The notes under the pieces: generated by a model
Seen by the model: only the letters and a program-made list of their open reading frames with translations
What the model was told of the DNA's origin: nothing
Database searches by the model: none
Source: a virus
Length of the DNA stretch: 64,000 nt
IMG/VR virus record: IMGVR_UViG_3300020446_000006
Coordinates: 1 to 64,000 of that record
Direction: 5' to 3' (one strand)
Part shown: in pieces, positions 48,932 through 58,464 of the stretch
Layout of the letters: every line of letters begins with the position of its first letter
Position numbering within the stretch: position 1 is the stretch's first letter
Translations under genes and position numbers: made by a program

Positions 48932-48939
48932 TATTTATA
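48932..48939 (-). promoter_or_regulatory. T4-type late promoter TATAAATA
   Basis: TATTTATA on +. Confidence 0.8.
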
Positions 48940-48949
48940 ATAGAAATCA

Positions 48950-49924
48950 TCACTTTCTAAAATATACTCTTGAACTAAAGTCATCTAATGTTGATGAGAA
49001 GCGAATTGCAGATGCATTTGCTGAATCAGCAAAATCGTCAAACGATGCATAGAATCCGCCCCATTCATAAACCTTATTGTAGTATTTTTGCACATCTGCA
49101 ATCGTAAGACCAGGATAGTCATTAAGATTGCGATATATGCTATAACGATCACGCAGTGTGTCACTATCAAGACCATCGTAAAGCGGTGAAAGAGAAGGCG
49201 GTTCTGATAGTGCACCAATTACCTCACCTTCTGCATTACTCGTAAGAGTTGCTTGTGAGTGAAGAAGGCTTCTACCTGTATTTGGATCAGAAATCGATTC
49301 TGCTGTACCGATAGTTAATTGAGGCTGAGCTTCGAGTGTAACGGATGCTCCGAGAAAAAATCCAGCAGGATGTACAAAGTTTCTATAAAGTTCTTCCCAT
49401 TCAACAATTGGTAAAGGTGCTTTAATTAATGTCGAAAAGATTTGATTTATTCCACCATCTTGTAGCTTAAATCCTTCTTCTTCACCTATCGATGATTGTG
49501 ATACTCGAAACAGTTTTTCTTTCGGATATATAATTTCAATTTCTTCTTGGAAGAAAGCTCTAAAGAAACCATGTACAGAATATTCAGAACCTTTAACCCG
49601 AAAGAAATTACCGAAGTTGCGAAGTGCTTCTCTTGGATTTGTGAAGAAACTGTTTGAAACACCAAGAGCAATCTCATCAAACATAAAGTCAAGAAATTCA
49701 AGTTTTGCATCTTCAACGTCTCGAATTGTTTGTAGCTCTTGAATAATACCGCCGAAAGTATCTGCTGAATCAAGATGTTCGTAATATGCATCTAAAAAAG
49801 TTACGAGATTCGGATAATCTTCTCGAAAATGTTCTGGTAAAACTTCATCTACCAGACTCTTTCTTATATTTGTACCTATGCGACCGTAGTCGCGAGTGGT
49901 CTGTGCAAAACCTGTATGAGCCAT
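48950..49924 (-). CDS. Baseplate wedge protein (short gp7-like)
   Basis: LPEHFREDYPNLVTFLDAYYEHL, FFRVKGSEYS..FFR, FVHPAGF; follows gp6. Confidence 0.7.
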   Translation of the reverse strand: MAHTGFAQTTRDYGRIGTNIRKSLVDEVLPEHFREDYPNLVTFLDAYYEHLDSADTFGGIIQELQTIRDVEDAKLEFLDFMFDEIALGVSNSFFTNPREALRNFGNFFRVKGSEYSVHGFFRAFFQEEIEIIYPKEKLFRVSQSSIGEEEGFKLQDGGINQIFSTLIKAPLPIVEWEELYRNFVHPAGFFLGASVTLEAQPQLTIGTAESISDPNTGRSLLHSQATLTSNAEGEVIGALSEPPSLSPLYDGLDSDTLRDRYSIYRNLNDYPGLTIADVQKYYNKVYEWGGFYASFDDFADSANASAIRFSSTLDDFSSRVYFRK

Positions 49925-51762
49925 TATGTCACCACTAGAGTATTATTCTGTCTGTCAATTCTTGCTGTTGCAGATGTTTCTGTCTGATCGAGTCTTAGAA
50001 TGTAGTTACGTAAAGGACGAATCACAGAAGGATTATCAGGCGTTACAGAAACTTTAATGAATGTATCACCACCAATAAATCCTTCAGGCGCAAAGCCAAT
50101 AATATCAACTTTACCATTTACACCATCATACTGTCCTACATTATCAAGTAAAACATTACCATCAACGTCAATAATTTGCAATCGATTTGAATTAAGTTGA
50201 TTTTTGATAGATGCAACTGCTCCGTTAAATTGGAAGATTGAAGAAGATACCGAATGTACTTCATCATCTGGATTTACAATTTTCATTGGGAAAGCAAGCG
50301 CATGAGATTCTGTTACTCCTATTGTAGGAGAAAATCTTAACTGTGCTTTCACATCCATTCTGCTTGACAAGATCGCTGTATCTAAAGCATCAATCTCTGT
50401 CAAGAGATTACTGCGTCTAAATATTCTATTGAATGCGTTAAGATTTGTATTAAAATAACGATTAATAAAATTAAACACACTTATTTCGGTAGCAGCTACG
50501 GTAAAACCTGTTTCTGCAGGATCAAAGTCAAAATCAGTTTGAAGCTCTAAGAAAACATTTGTAGGTTCAACAAATTTTGTTGTCATTGAAACAACTGAAA
50601 GATTATCCGTAAAGTTTGTAACAATATTCGCCTGTACAACATCTTTAGTTGTTTGTGAAGTATTTACTGGGAAATTTAATGCAACATAGACTGCGCCATA
50701 ATCAATCGGTACATTTTGATCTCCTGACCAAACATTACAATCCGTTACTTCAGGGAAGTTACTAAGAATAATTCCCTTGTAGTCAAGCGCAGTTACAAGT
50801 CTTTGTTGTGCAGCATATGCAATAGGTGCAAGCTGACGTACACTTTCAATCGATTGTTTAAATGCGCCACCTGTCGATTCGTTTGTTGTTGCAACACTTA
50901 CTGTATAATTAATTCCATCTACATTAATATTTGATCCAGAAACAAATACGTCACCAGCGTTTGCAGCAGGTCCTGAAGAAGAAAGATAAGTTACAACAAC
51001 TTTATTGCCAGGATCTGGTTTCTTACCGAAAGATACTCCATCTCCAAAGTTTACTTCGTAGAAACCATTTGGTGCTTCACGAATTGAATATACAGTTGAA
51101 TCTTTATCGATTGTATTTGCTTCAGATAGTTTTGTATATGTAACAAAGTTAGAAGAACCTGCAGTATCAAATACTCTGACTTTTGCTGTTGACGTATCAA
51201 TAGTTGTATCAGGAATAATAAAGACCTGTCTTTCATCTGTTTCTCCAGACAAAAACGTTTTAGTCTTTTGAACTCCCTCAAAGATTGGTATGTCAGCAGA
51301 TCCAGTAGATGTTTGGAATTGATATAAACCTGAACCATTATCTCTTGCAAAAAATGTTTCAAGTGTTGTAAATGTATAGGTAATTCCATCAATCGAAGAG
51401 TTGAATGTAAATCCATTCGGCAGCTGTATTTGCGGTGGTCGACCTGCCACACCAGAAAGATTAACTGTAAGATTCACTAACGCTTTTGCTGTAGTGCGAG
51501 AACGCACCTGATATCCTAATGTTTCTGCATGCGAAACAACTGATGATCGAAGCTGAGCTGTCGGTAAGAAAGCTTCATTTAATGCAAAGTTTGCAGTTAA
51601 ACCATTAATATGCGTATTGTATGCTAACACGTCTAAAATGTTGTTTAGACCTGACGCATCAAAATCATAGTCAGCAAACTGTTGATCTGACTTAAGAAAA
51701 TTTTTCAGACCTGCTTTGATATTTTGAAAGTCAAGATCGGTTGATTTTACGGTAGTTGCCAT
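49924..51762 (-). CDS. gp6: Baseplate wedge subunit
   Basis: LDFQNIK, FADYDFDASGL, LAYNTH, AQLRSSVVSHA..LGY, FGDGVSFGK, QQRLVTALDY. Confidence 0.95.
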   Translation of the reverse strand: MATTVKSTDLDFQNIKAGLKNFLKSDQQFADYDFDASGLNNILDVLAYNTHINGLTANFALNEAFLPTAQLRSSVVSHAETLGYQVRSRTTAKALVNLTVNLSGVAGRPPQIQLPNGFTFNSSIDGITYTFTTLETFFARDNGSGLYQFQTSTGSADIPIFEGVQKTKTFLSGETDERQVFIIPDTTIDTSTAKVRVFDTAGSSNFVTYTKLSEANTIDKDSTVYSIREAPNGFYEVNFGDGVSFGKKPDPGNKVVVTYLSSSGPAANAGDVFVSGSNINVDGINYTVSVATTNESTGGAFKQSIESVRQLAPIAYAAQQRLVTALDYKGIILSNFPEVTDCNVWSGDQNVPIDYGAVYVALNFPVNTSQTTKDVVQANIVTNFTDNLSVVSMTTKFVEPTNVFLELQTDFDFDPAETGFTVAATEISVFNFINRYFNTNLNAFNRIFRRSNLLTEIDALDTAILSSRMDVKAQLRFSPTIGVTESHALAFPMKIVNPDDEVHSVSSSIFQFNGAVASIKNQLNSNRLQIIDVDGNVLLDNVGQYDGVNGKVDIIGFAPEGFIGGDTFIKVSVTPDNPSVIRPLRNYILRLDQTETSATARIDRQNNTLVVT

Positions 51763-52203
51763 TTATCTGAGCCTCGCTAATGAAACATCTACAGATACTA
51801 TTTCATTCGTATTTACAACCTGAAATTGAATTGTTGCATCAAGTGAATTACGGTCTGGTTTGAGATTTAAAGAAATAGAAAGTACTCTTGCTCTCGGTTC
51901 ATAATTCTTGATAGCATCTGCTATTAAATCTTGTATAAAGTCTGGATCATAATCTGTATCAAGTGCAAATAATGCACTGTTTAGATTTGCTCCAAAGTTC
52001 GGCTGAAAGGGTTTTTCATACCGACTTGTAAGTAATAAATTTTTTACAGACTGTTTAACGGCAGCAGCATCTACTTTCTTAAAGATATCTCCTGAAGGTC
52101 GAGCTGTAAAAGAAAGGTCAATATCAGTATATTGTCGAGCTCTTGTTGTAACAATCGAGCTAGATAAATTACCGTCTTCAATTGAAAATGCTTTAACTGC
52201 CAT
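51763..52203 (-). CDS. gp25: Baseplate wedge subunit
   Basis: YTDIDLSF, AVKQSVKNLLLT...EKPFQPNFG, IKNYEPR. Confidence 0.93.
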   Translation of the reverse strand: MAVKAFSIEDGNLSSSIVTTRARQYTDIDLSFTARPSGDIFKKVDAAAVKQSVKNLLLTSRYEKPFQPNFGANLNSALFALDTDYDPDFIQDLIADAIKNYEPRARVLSISLNLKPDRNSLDATIQFQVVNTNEIVSVDVSLARLR

Positions 52204-52220
52204 CTAAAAATCCTTTGAAC

Positions 52221-52228
52221 TATTTATA
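52221..52228 (-). promoter_or_regulatory. T4-type late promoter TATAAATA
   Basis: TATTTATA on +, overlapping the upstream stop codon. Confidence 0.75.
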
Positions 52229-54248
52229 ACAGTTCTATAAGTTCGCCGTTCGTTTGAACGTAGTTATTATAACGAGTTTCGATTTCATTTTCATATACAA
52301 CAGTCCATTGTGCTGTTACAGTTGGCATCACTAAAATAATTTGTACGTTTAATTCTCCATTCGGATTATAAGTATCGTAATCGAGTATCATCTTTTCGAA
52401 ATTATAAAAATCTTTTATATGTGTTGCAAGATCAAATGTATGCTGTATCGGTATTATACCATTACGATCTCTAAGTTCGTATACAACACACTGTCCCTTT
52501 GACATTTTATAATTTAAACTATCAACTTCGAGTTCCTCTGTAGGTGTATAGAATCCTTCGACCACTTGTAAAGAATAACGATTACGATCGTTTAAATGTT
52601 CTTGAATTGAATACATAAATTCTGCATGCAGATAAAGATTCTTTGCAATTTGTACTCGCTCTGTATCGTCTGTAATTGCATTTAATGTCTGTGGATCACC
52701 GTGTCCACCTAAGAATCTACCGACTTTAACTCCCTTTGCCAGAGCAGTTTTTGCATCAATTACACCGTCTCGTATAAATTGTGCTTCAGGATTATAAAGC
52801 TGAGAGGGCACAAGAGTAGTTACTTTTCTTAAATTATTTGTAGCTTCAATTTTTTCTGTAGGATCTGTGCCAGGAAATAATGTCTTAGGATCAACTTTAC
52901 GTGCAGAACCTTCTGAGTTTTCGATTCTACCTACCTCAAATCCGCTTGGCTTTTGATCTATATAAGATGCAGATAAAAGACCTTCTGCTTGTGCACGACC
53001 AATAAATCTTGCATTACGTGCCGTTAATGGATCACGCAACTTTGATCTGACTTCGCGTGTAGTTAGAGTTGCTTTTGATATTCCACCGTATTCTGTAGAT
53101 TTATTGATCTCATCTCGAATTACATCACCTACATCAATATCTACAATGCGATATCCGTATCCTGTTTGTGTAAGATAATCGTTCAGCCATGATGCATCAG
53201 GCCCAGGTGCAGGGAAAGATGTTCGAATGCTTGTATCAGTATCAACGTGTGTATTGGATCCTGGGTTTCCAGCCACTCCTAATGGAGCTTGACCTGCAGA
53301 GGTAGCAAAATCTGCTTGATTGGCATCATCTGCCTTACCAGTTAAATCTCCGCTAAATGTTGGTGCGGTAACACCGGCCGTAAATGTGGCCGATGTTCCG
53401 TAATAGTTTTTAGCATAATAAAACACATTATCACCGCCGATCATGCCGGTGGTAGACTGTACCACCATGTCATTCGCTGCTAAGTTTGCGTTCTTTGTCG
53501 ACATCGAAAATTCAGATTCAGATGTAATGAGTGTATCTTCACCTGCAAACTGATTGATATTTTTTTCGACTCGAGTTGTATGGTCTCCTTTTACAATAAG
53601 ATTATTATCAGTAAGGATAGTATCGGTATTTGTACCCAGTACGAAGCTTGACTTATTTTCAGTAACGCTTGTTTCATGGTTCTCTCCTACCTTTTGCTGG
53701 TAGTTACCACGTATATCTTCGCGCTTATCTCCATGCACTTTAAGATTGTAGTTTCCACCAACCTCTACGTCCATATCACCGCTTACATTAAGTTTTAAAT
53801 TTCCATGATAAAAGATTTCGCCATCACCTTGGACTATAACTTTCTGATCTCCACCAGTAATCTCAATGCGATTATAACGAGTATTGATAATGACAGTACC
53901 GTCAGGTCTCATATCAATACCTGAACCGGTAGAGTGCTTAAATAATACACGCTCGCGACCAGGTGTATCATCGTACTCTGTAACGTGTCCAGCAATTGTT
54001 TCACGAACTTGATTCAAAGGATACTCACTAGGCGGTAGATCTTTAATATTAAGATTAAGATCAGTAGTAGATCCACCGTATATCAGTTCATTCTGCTCTA
54101 GACCACGAGCAGCAAAGTTTGTAGAAGCTACATTAAGATACTTTTCTCTTGGAAAGATACCGCCGCTTAGATCTTTGTAAGGCGATTCGACATACTTTAC
54201 ATCTTGCAGAGCATCTGCTACTTGTTCATCATTACGATCATCAGCCAT
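52224..54248 (-). CDS. gp5: Baseplate central spike gp5, C-terminal part (beta-helix) with degenerate M15-like C-terminal domain
   Basis: YPLNQVRETIAGHVTEYDDTPGRER...HSTGS, followed by VxG repeats. Confidence 0.8.
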   Translation of the reverse strand: MADDRNDEQVADALQDVKYVESPYKDLSGGIFPREKYLNVASTNFAARGLEQNELIYGGSTTDLNLNIKDLPPSEYPLNQVRETIAGHVTEYDDTPGRERVLFKHSTGSGIDMRPDGTVIINTRYNRIEITGGDQKVIVQGDGEIFYHGNLKLNVSGDMDVEVGGNYNLKVHGDKREDIRGNYQQKVGENHETSVTENKSSFVLGTNTDTILTDNNLIVKGDHTTRVEKNINQFAGEDTLITSESEFSMSTKNANLAANDMVVQSTTGMIGGDNVFYYAKNYYGTSATFTAGVTAPTFSGDLTGKADDANQADFATSAGQAPLGVAGNPGSNTHVDTDTSIRTSFPAPGPDASWLNDYLTQTGYGYRIVDIDVGDVIRDEINKSTEYGGISKATLTTREVRSKLRDPLTARNARFIGRAQAEGLLSASYIDQKPSGFEVGRIENSEGSARKVDPKTLFPGTDPTEKIEATNNLRKVTTLVPSQLYNPEAQFIRDGVIDAKTALAKGVKVGRFLGGHGDPQTLNAITDDTERVQIAKNLYLHAEFMYSIQEHLNDRNRYSLQVVEGFYTPTEELEVDSLNYKMSKGQCVVYELRDRNGIIPIQHTFDLATHIKDFYNFEKMILDYDTYNPNGELNVQIILVMPTVTAQWTVVYENEIETRYNNYVQTNGELIELL

Positions 54249-56259
54249 CTTTAAATATTCCTTTTACAGAGTCGAATACTTTATTATTCTTAAGATTGTC
54301 AAGTTTAAATTGTTGTGTTGATTTAAGCAGACCATCTGATTGTGTTACGCTACGTGCAATGTTTCCAACAATACTTCCAGCGATATTGCCGATTGGTCCG
54401 CCAATTGCATTTGATATTAGGCTTTGCGATAAACCTGGTAAAGCTGAACTGAGTGAAGTTCCTGCAGCAAGCTTTGCAATTCCAATTTGTGTAGTCAGAC
54501 CACTTCCTGTTGCCAAATCAAGAGCTGCGATTGAACTCTTCTTTGTCTTAAGTAGATCAAGTGCACGCTTTTGACTGTCTTGATATTGTTGCGGTGTAAG
54601 CTGAGGTGCTGCTTCTCTGTTTTTTAATCCTGCAATTCTACTAATACTCGGTCTTGCATTAATTGTATGAGGCTTTGGTGGTAGAACAACATTTTTAGGT
54701 TTTGCGTCAACAAGATCTTTTGCAGGTGGTACCACCGCCTTTTCATTTTCTTCTGTAACAGAAGGTTTATCGAAGGAAGATGCCATAAAGTCTCTTACAT
54801 TAAAATATGGTACGTTTGAATATGTTACATGATCATGCACATCTTTGAGACCTAAGATTTCTATGCCTGGAAAATCGATTGCTACAACTTTTAAAAGCTT
54901 TTGTACAATTTTAAGTTGTTGCTGAGATATTTTATTACGCCCACTTCCAGATCCTTCAATAAAGATATGAAGTGAACCAGGGAATACATTATCTCCGACA
55001 GGTTCCTTTCCGAATTCTTTTGGTATTTCTTGATTAAACGGCGTCATAATTTTAATGTTACCAAGTCTGTTTACAAACAAATGTGCAGGAAAGACAAATG
55101 TCTTTGGATCTGCTGTAACAGCCGCCTCTCCAAACTGTTTGACAAGTTTTTTACGAAATGCAATGTGTATATCTTCTGCTTCATATTTCGTATTCAATTC
55201 TTTAGCGTGATGTCGAATGATTACATTTGTAAACTCTCTTTCCATTGCCAAGATTTCTGCTTTTAAATCACTTCGACCATATGACATTGGTAATAAGTAA
55301 GTGCCACCTTCAGCAACACCTAATTTACTTTCTCGTTCAGCGAATCCTTCAAATGCTGGGTGATCTTTACCAAATTTACCGTAATTATAACCTCTTAATT
55401 TGGTCGCAATACCTTTGTAACCATTTGTTCTTTGACCTGGTTTAATTGTATCTGGCAAGCGCTTTACAAGTTGATTTTCAAGTTTTGATTTTGCTACAGA
55501 TAAAGCAAGATTTGTAGTACCGTTACCGTTCATCAGGTTTGGAGTCGGTATTGTAGCACCTGTAAGATCTTTTACAAAGTCTGTTCCTGCTGATTTAATC
55601 GCTTTAAGTGGATCTGTAAACTTACCGACAGCAGAAGAGTTCTGTGAAGTTACTTGTGCCATAATATTTCCGAATGAGCTGCCTATAGAACCAAATGGAT
55701 TAATTGAACCAAATGGCTTTCCGACTTCTACTGAAACCTGTATCGATTTCTTTGCAACTTCAGCACCTGCTTTAGCAGCAACACCGCCGCTTAATTCAGT
55801 CTTTACTGCATTTTTTGCCTGTGAAGGTATAGGAGATGATTCAGCGATAGCAGCTTCAATTTGTCTATCATTTAATTTTACAATAGACTTAAACGCCTTT
55901 GTAATACCTTTCGGTGATGCTTGTACAATTGTTTCATTTAGTACAGCAGATTGTCCGCTTGTTCCACCAGTCACACTACTTAATTTTGCTGCCGCTGCAA
56001 CTGTTTTCGTAACGTTGCCTTGTTTAATGTTTGCACCCATAATTGCAATTGCAGGACCTTCATTCGCATTACCTTTTGTAGTGGCAGCAGTAAGTGAAGT
56101 GAATCCATCTTTTTCATTACCGACTGTAACATTAAGAGTTGAGCCTTCTGCGGCGATTCTCTCGGTAATTGAGATATCGACTTTTTCTTTTAGTTCTTTT
56201 ACAGCAACCGAACTTTTTGCTAGTGCATTGTCAAGCGCCTGTTTTGGTATAAAACTCAT
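54241..56259 (-). CDS. Baseplate-hub-associated protein with degenerate amidase_2 (T7-lysozyme-like) domain
   Basis: VIIRHH...AHLFVNRLGNI...QQQLKIVQKLL...FPGIEILGLKDV...VPYFNV follows the amidase scaffold; lies between the two gp5 halves. Confidence 0.5.
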   Translation of the reverse strand: MSFIPKQALDNALAKSSVAVKELKEKVDISITERIAAEGSTLNVTVGNEKDGFTSLTAATTKGNANEGPAIAIMGANIKQGNVTKTVAAAAKLSSVTGGTSGQSAVLNETIVQASPKGITKAFKSIVKLNDRQIEAAIAESSPIPSQAKNAVKTELSGGVAAKAGAEVAKKSIQVSVEVGKPFGSINPFGSIGSSFGNIMAQVTSQNSSAVGKFTDPLKAIKSAGTDFVKDLTGATIPTPNLMNGNGTTNLALSVAKSKLENQLVKRLPDTIKPGQRTNGYKGIATKLRGYNYGKFGKDHPAFEGFAERESKLGVAEGGTYLLPMSYGRSDLKAEILAMEREFTNVIIRHHAKELNTKYEAEDIHIAFRKKLVKQFGEAAVTADPKTFVFPAHLFVNRLGNIKIMTPFNQEIPKEFGKEPVGDNVFPGSLHIFIEGSGSGRNKISQQQLKIVQKLLKVVAIDFPGIEILGLKDVHDHVTYSNVPYFNVRDFMASSFDKPSVTEENEKAVVPPAKDLVDAKPKNVVLPPKPHTINARPSISRIAGLKNREAAPQLTPQQYQDSQKRALDLLKTKKSSIAALDLATGSGLTTQIGIAKLAAGTSLSSALPGLSQSLISNAIGGPIGNIAGSIVGNIARSVTQSDGLLKSTQQFKLDNLKNNKVFDSVKGIFKDG

Positions 56260-57125
56260 ACGAACACCTCAAAGTAATTGCGAGATTGTTTTTTTCTTTC
56301 ATCTGTAGAACCTTTTGCAGGTCTGAGATATTTTTTTTCAAATACAAGTGAAGCGTCATCAACCGTCTGTGCTGCAATTAAGTCTGCAATACCTAAAAAT
56401 TTATATTTGTACAACTCGTATTTCGTAAATTGTAATTGTGCATAAAGAGATTTGTAGTCAAGTCCATTCTTTGTAGAAAAATCAAGTAATTCTGCATATC
56501 GTGTTAATCCACCAGCAATGTTTGCTGCTCTTGGTGCATCATTCCATTGTGCAAGTCCATATGCTCGAGCGCCATCAGCCTCTACTACACTTGCATCTGG
56601 ATCGAAATCTTTATCGTTACGTAAGTTGACTCCATTCTCTACATGAAAGTTGCCTATAATCCCGCATGCCTGTTCTGCTGTAAATCCTCCACCTTCAGGA
56701 GATGTAAAGAAGTTGAACGCTTTTTCGATTCGAGTACCGCCGATCATAAATGTATTATCTGGATCTTTTGTTGCAATATCTCCTTCATTACGTATACGTC
56801 CATCTGAAGACTCAATTTTCGGTATTGAACCAATTACTAAGGGAAGTTGTGAGTTTTTGCCATCGATAAAAATACCAAACACCTGCGCTAATGGTTTAAT
56901 TCCTGTATTTGCTCCAATACCAGAACTACCGCCTTCTGTAACTGGCGCCACAACATGTGCCCATGGCAAATCCTCATGTGGTATGTCTATAGTATCATTT
57001 GAATGTATACCAAAGATACGAACCTGTACACGTCCTAATTCTTCTGGATCATTAAAAGATAAAACAGTACCAACAAACCATCTTGTTTCATCTCCATAAT
57101 ATTCTTTGTATGAATTTGGTATCAT
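56256..57125 (-). CDS. gp5: gp5 N-terminal OB fold fused to a phage_lysozyme2-type domain
   Basis: WFVGTV...DPEELGRVQVRIFGIH...LPWA...VFGIFIDG; then QACGIIGNFHVE, YGLAQW, QLQFTKYEL, YLRP. Confidence 0.85.
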   Translation of the reverse strand: MIPNSYKEYYGDETRWFVGTVLSFNDPEELGRVQVRIFGIHSNDTIDIPHEDLPWAHVVAPVTEGGSSGIGANTGIKPLAQVFGIFIDGKNSQLPLVIGSIPKIESSDGRIRNEGDIATKDPDNTFMIGGTRIEKAFNFFTSPEGGGFTAEQACGIIGNFHVENGVNLRNDKDFDPDASVVEADGARAYGLAQWNDAPRAANIAGGLTRYAELLDFSTKNGLDYKSLYAQLQFTKYELYKYKFLGIADLIAAQTVDDASLVFEKKYLRPAKGSTDERKKQSRNYFEVFV

Positions 57126-57126
57126 A

Positions 57127-58464
57127 TTAACCTACCGGATAACTATCATCATTGTAGTTTGCAATCTTACTAATTAACAAAATAGAAAAACATTTCTCAA
57201 CAGAGAAGACATGCCGCGCAGAATGTATTATATAATCGCCTGACATCTTTCTATCTATCTTTACAGATGGACCATCATCTGCAGTGCCTTTAAATATCAC
57301 TTTAATATTATTGCCAATCGAATAGTTTGATGAACCATTTAGAAACTCTCGACCTTCAACAGTAATTTCCATTGGTGCTTTTGTCAATAAATGTTTCATC
57401 GCATTTGCCACAATACTTCTTTTCGCTTCACCTCTTGTATTCTCTTCACCATACGACTTAGCGTCGTTAAAACTTCTAGTTGCAAAAACATTACTAATGT
57501 TACGTGACTCAAAGTCTGATAAAACCTTATCTTTATGTTTTAACTCAGTAGATACTAAAGGCCGTTTTTGTCTTCTATTAAATTCAATCTTATTGTAAAT
57601 ATCAAAGTGAATATCGAACTTTATTGTTTGACTTGATCCTGTCGTAACGTTATGAAAACTATGATTTGCACCGATATAACCTGCATGAATAAGACTCGAT
57701 ATATTTTCTACATTTGCAAGCTTATAGTCATGAATCTTAAATAAACGTGATCCTGTTTCAGATACTTCAACGCCTTGTGAATATGTGAATGCAGCATCTT
57801 TATTAATTACAGGCTGAGATAAAAGAGAACCAAGATCCATTAGATAATATTTGTTTACTGCAAATGTAGAATATAAAAAGAAAGGATATCCTTCTACTGT
57901 TGTCGATCTATTCTTCAACCAAGCCATGGCTTCAATCGGAGAAAGATTTGGTATAATCACTCGCATAGAGTTTTCAACATTGTCTTCTGCGTTATCGATA
58001 ATATCTTTATCCAAATATTCAGCAGCAATCTTTTGCATGATTGTTTGAGGCTGACCGGTATAAGATCGATTTACATTTGTCAACACATCACTAAAACCAA
58101 CATCCTCAATTAGATGTAGCATTAATGTTTGTACAGTTTCATTTACACGGCCGGCATCGATGACTTCGTCAACTATAAACGTTTTTGTAATAGATGGAAT
58201 TTTTTGATTGTGAGATCTTGCAATATCAACAGTAAATGTTTCACCACCTTGAAAATCAAATCTTTCATAAACACGTTGTGCGTCGTTAACTACGAGTTTA
58301 CCTGTAATATACGGTTTATCGATATGTTCATATACTTCGAAATCAGTAATTACATTTCGAATATCAAGAGGCTGAAACGCTCTACTTGAATTGAGCTCAG
58401 CTCTTATAAATTTCCAATCAGAAGAATGCTCAGCATTCAGCTGTGATATATTTACTTCAGACAT
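57127..58464 (-). CDS. Baseplate hub protein (gp27-like by position)
   Basis: FEVYEHIDKPYITGKL..D, IIPNLSPIEAMAWL, MSGDYIIHSARHVF; lies between gp53 and gp5. Confidence 0.6.
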   Translation of the reverse strand: MSEVNISQLNAEHSSDWKFIRAELNSSRAFQPLDIRNVITDFEVYEHIDKPYITGKLVVNDAQRVYERFDFQGGETFTVDIARSHNQKIPSITKTFIVDEVIDAGRVNETVQTLMLHLIEDVGFSDVLTNVNRSYTGQPQTIMQKIAAEYLDKDIIDNAEDNVENSMRVIIPNLSPIEAMAWLKNRSTTVEGYPFFLYSTFAVNKYYLMDLGSLLSQPVINKDAAFTYSQGVEVSETGSRLFKIHDYKLANVENISSLIHAGYIGANHSFHNVTTGSSQTIKFDIHFDIYNKIEFNRRQKRPLVSTELKHKDKVLSDFESRNISNVFATRSFNDAKSYGEENTRGEAKRSIVANAMKHLLTKAPMEITVEGREFLNGSSNYSIGNNIKVIFKGTADDGPSVKIDRKMSGDYIIHSARHVFSVEKCFSILLISKIANYNDDSYPVG

